A stretch of 64,000 bases of DNA from Myxococcota bacterium (GTDB taxonomy: Bacteria; Myxococcota_A; UBA9160; UBA4427). Location of the stretch: positions 75,179 to 139,178 of the forward strand of contig JASDVF010000036.1 of assembly GCA_041440805.1 (NCBI GenBank), in the 5' to 3' direction. The position numbers and the translations under genes were made by a program. Positions within the stretch are counted from its first letter, which is position 1. Every line of letters starts with the position of its first letter. The notes beneath the pieces were generated by a model. That model was given only the letters and a program-made list of their open reading frames with translations, was not told where the DNA came from and ran no database searches. Shown in pieces: positions 62,460 to 64,000 of the stretch.

Positions 62460-64000
62460 ATGATTTCGATCTCGAATCTCGCCAAATATTTCGGAGATCG
62501 CGTCCTCTTTGAGGACGTCTCGATGCAGTTCAATAAGGGTGAGCGCTACGGCATCGTCGGTGCGAACGGCTGCGGAAAATCCACGCTGCTCAAGATCCTG
62601 ACCGGCGAAGAAAGTCAAAGCGACGGCGATTTATCGATTCCAAAGCGCGCCGTGCTTGGCGTCTTGGAACAGGATCACTTCCAATTCGAGGAAGAGCGAA
62701 TCGTTGACGTCGTCATGATGGGGAACGCTCCGCTTTGGTCCGCGATGGTCGAGAAGGAAAAGATTCTCGCCAACGCTGAGAACGAGTTTGACGGCGACCG
62801 TTATGCGGAGCTCGAAGACATCATCATTCGGGGTGATGGCTACGGTCTTGAAGCGCGCGCTGGCGAGATTCTCGAGGGTCTCGGCATAGCGACGGTGGTC
62901 CACGAACAACCGCTTTCGACGCTTTCAGGTGGCTTCAAACTTCGAGTCTTGCTCGCGCAGGTCTTGGCAGCTGAACCCGACGCGCTTCTTCTTGATGAGC
63001 CCACGAACCATCTGGATATCTTGTCCATTAGGTGGCTCGAACAATTTCTTGAGAGCTACCGGGGCGTTGCGATTTTGATCTCCCATGATCATCACTTTCT
63101 CGACACGGTGGCCACGGCAATCGTGGATGTCGACTACCAGACGATCAAGAGTTACACGGGCAACTACGCGTTCTTCGTGAAGGCAAAGCGCGAAGAGCGA
63201 GAGCGGCGCGAAGCGGAGATTGTAAAGCGCGAGAGCACAATTGCAGACCATAAGGCCTTCGTTGAGCGCTTTCGTGCCAAGGCTTCTAAGGCACGGCAAG
63301 CGCAGAGCCGACTCAAGGCAATCGATAAGATCGACGTCGAATCGCTTCCTGAAAGTTCCCGCCGTTATCCCAAGTTCAACTTCAAGCAGACCCGCCCCAG
63401 TGGCAAACAGGTGATCGAGCTAAAGGGCGTTGGGAAGGCCTACGGTGATAAGGTCGTTCTCGAAGACATCGATCTCATCGTGCAGCGAGGCGAACGCGTC
63501 GCTGTGATTGGGCCGAATGGCATAGGGAAGTCGACTCTCCTCAAGATCATGATGGGCGACGTCACGGCCGATACCGGGGCCTCCGAGTGGGGTTACGAAG
63601 CCCACCCAGGCTACGTGGCCCAGGATCACAAGGAGCAGATTGGCTCGGATCGTATGAGTCTCGACGAATGGCTCGGGAATATCTGCCCGCAGCAGAGCAT
63701 CGGATTCGTGAAGGGCCACTTAGCAGCGGTGCTCTTCTCCGGGGACGAAAGCAAGAAGAAACTCGAAGCGCTTTCTGGAGGCGAGGCGGCGCGCATGTTA
63801 TTTGCGAAGCAGGCCGTCCTGAAGCCGAACGTGCTGATTCTTGATGAGCCGACAAACCATCTCGACCTCGAAGCCATCGAGGCACTGGTCCAAGCGGTTC
63901 AAGCCTACGATGGAACGGTGATTTTTGTTTCACATGATCGTTGGTTTGTGAATGAGCTGGCCACGCGCATCGTTGAGATCACGCCCGAAGGCGTCCAGGA
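62460..64000 (+). CDS. ABC-F family ATPase (two ABC cassettes, no TM domain), 3' end outside the window
   Basis: Not in the ORF track because it has no stop in the window. Manual translation from the ATG at 62460 gives MISISNLAKYFGDRVLF.. The first cassette has Walker A GANGCGKST, signature LSGGFKLR and LLLDEPTNHLD. An Arg/Lys-rich linker (AKREERERREAEI) follows. The second cassette has GPNGIGKST, LSGGEAAR and LILDEPTNHLD. Confidence 0.9.
   Translation, partial: MISISNLAKYFGDRVLFEDVSMQFNKGERYGIVGANGCGKSTLLKILTGEESQSDGDLSIPKRAVLGVLEQDHFQFEEERIVDVVMMGNAPLWSAMVEKEKILANAENEFDGDRYAELEDIIIRGDGYGLEARAGEILEGLGIATVVHEQPLSTLSGGFKLRVLLAQVLAAEPDALLLDEPTNHLDILSIRWLEQFLESYRGVAILISHDHHFLDTVATAIVDVDYQTIKSYTGNYAFFVKAKREERERREAEIVKRESTIADHKAFVERFRAKASKARQAQSRLKAIDKIDVESLPESSRRYPKFNFKQTRPSGKQVIELKGVGKAYGDKVVLEDIDLIVQRGERVAVIGPNGIGKSTLLKIMMGDVTADTGASEWGYEAHPGYVAQDHKEQIGSDRMSLDEWLGNICPQQSIGFVKGHLAAVLFSGDESKKKLEALSGGEAARMLFAKQAVLKPNVLILDEPTNHLDLEAIEALVQAVQAYDGTVIFVSHDRWFVNELATRIVEITPEGVQ

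Noticed and set aside
1-64000. Apparent abundance of the hexamer TTAGGC/GCCTAA throughout the window
   Set aside because: My hand count (about 30 on both strands) matches the rough expectation (about 28) for a 3-AT/3-GC hexamer at about 60% GC. It is not enriched.
1-64000. Search for CRISPR arrays, IS elements, transposases, integrases and rRNA
   Set aside because: No spaced direct-repeat array, no DDE or tyrosine/serine recombinase-like ORF, and no rRNA-like segment was recognised. The only repeats found are the tRNA fragment, the 18-bp NRPS linker repeats and a 12-bp duplication.

Overview
High-GC (about 60%), gene-dense bacterial chromosomal window. I saw no rRNA, CRISPR array, transposase or integrase. 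All family calls come from motif reading and recollection, with no HMM or BLAST run.

Left half (1-33.6 kb): one large glycan locus of the PEP-CTERM/exosortase EPS type.
- Five glycosyltransferases, including a split Alg14/Alg13-like pair.
- An AsnB-type amidotransferase, a Wzy/O-antigen-ligase-like membrane protein, a BY-tyrosine kinase, a Wzz/GumC-like chain-length determinant, an exosortase-like gene and an EpsI-family gene.
- An AMP-ligase/ACP/di-iron-oxygenase cassette, plus other oxygenases.

Most unusual feature: a 3768-aa NRPS-PKS pair sits in the export arm of this locus. It is co-directional and tightly spaced with the kinase, Wzz, exosortase-like and EpsI genes, and an EntD-type PPTase follows 4 nt after EpsI.
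- NRPS: formyltransferase, half condensation domain, A domain split by a luciferase-like monooxygenase, then PCP.
- PKS: KS-AT-KR-DH-T-TE, with KR before DH.
- The exosortase-like gene is split across two frames, and its long ORF contains no cysteine.

Right half:
- TAT-signal aldo/keto reductase, gmd, a decayed FG-GAP repeat gene, a PLP (sphingosine-1-phosphate-lyase-like) plus MDR reductase pair, FN3-like secreted proteins and a LysM-M23 peptidase.
- tRNA-Arg(CCT), followed by an 11.5-kb detoxification block (SDR, VOC, three GST-family genes, TetR, epoxide hydrolase, DJ-1, sulfatase). The block ends at a 43-bp direct repeat of the tRNA 3' half. It has no integrase and is followed by gene remnants (higBA, DUF3604).
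- RecQ-family helicase, P450, amidohydrolase lipoprotein, and an open-ended ABC-F ATPase that is absent from the ORF track.
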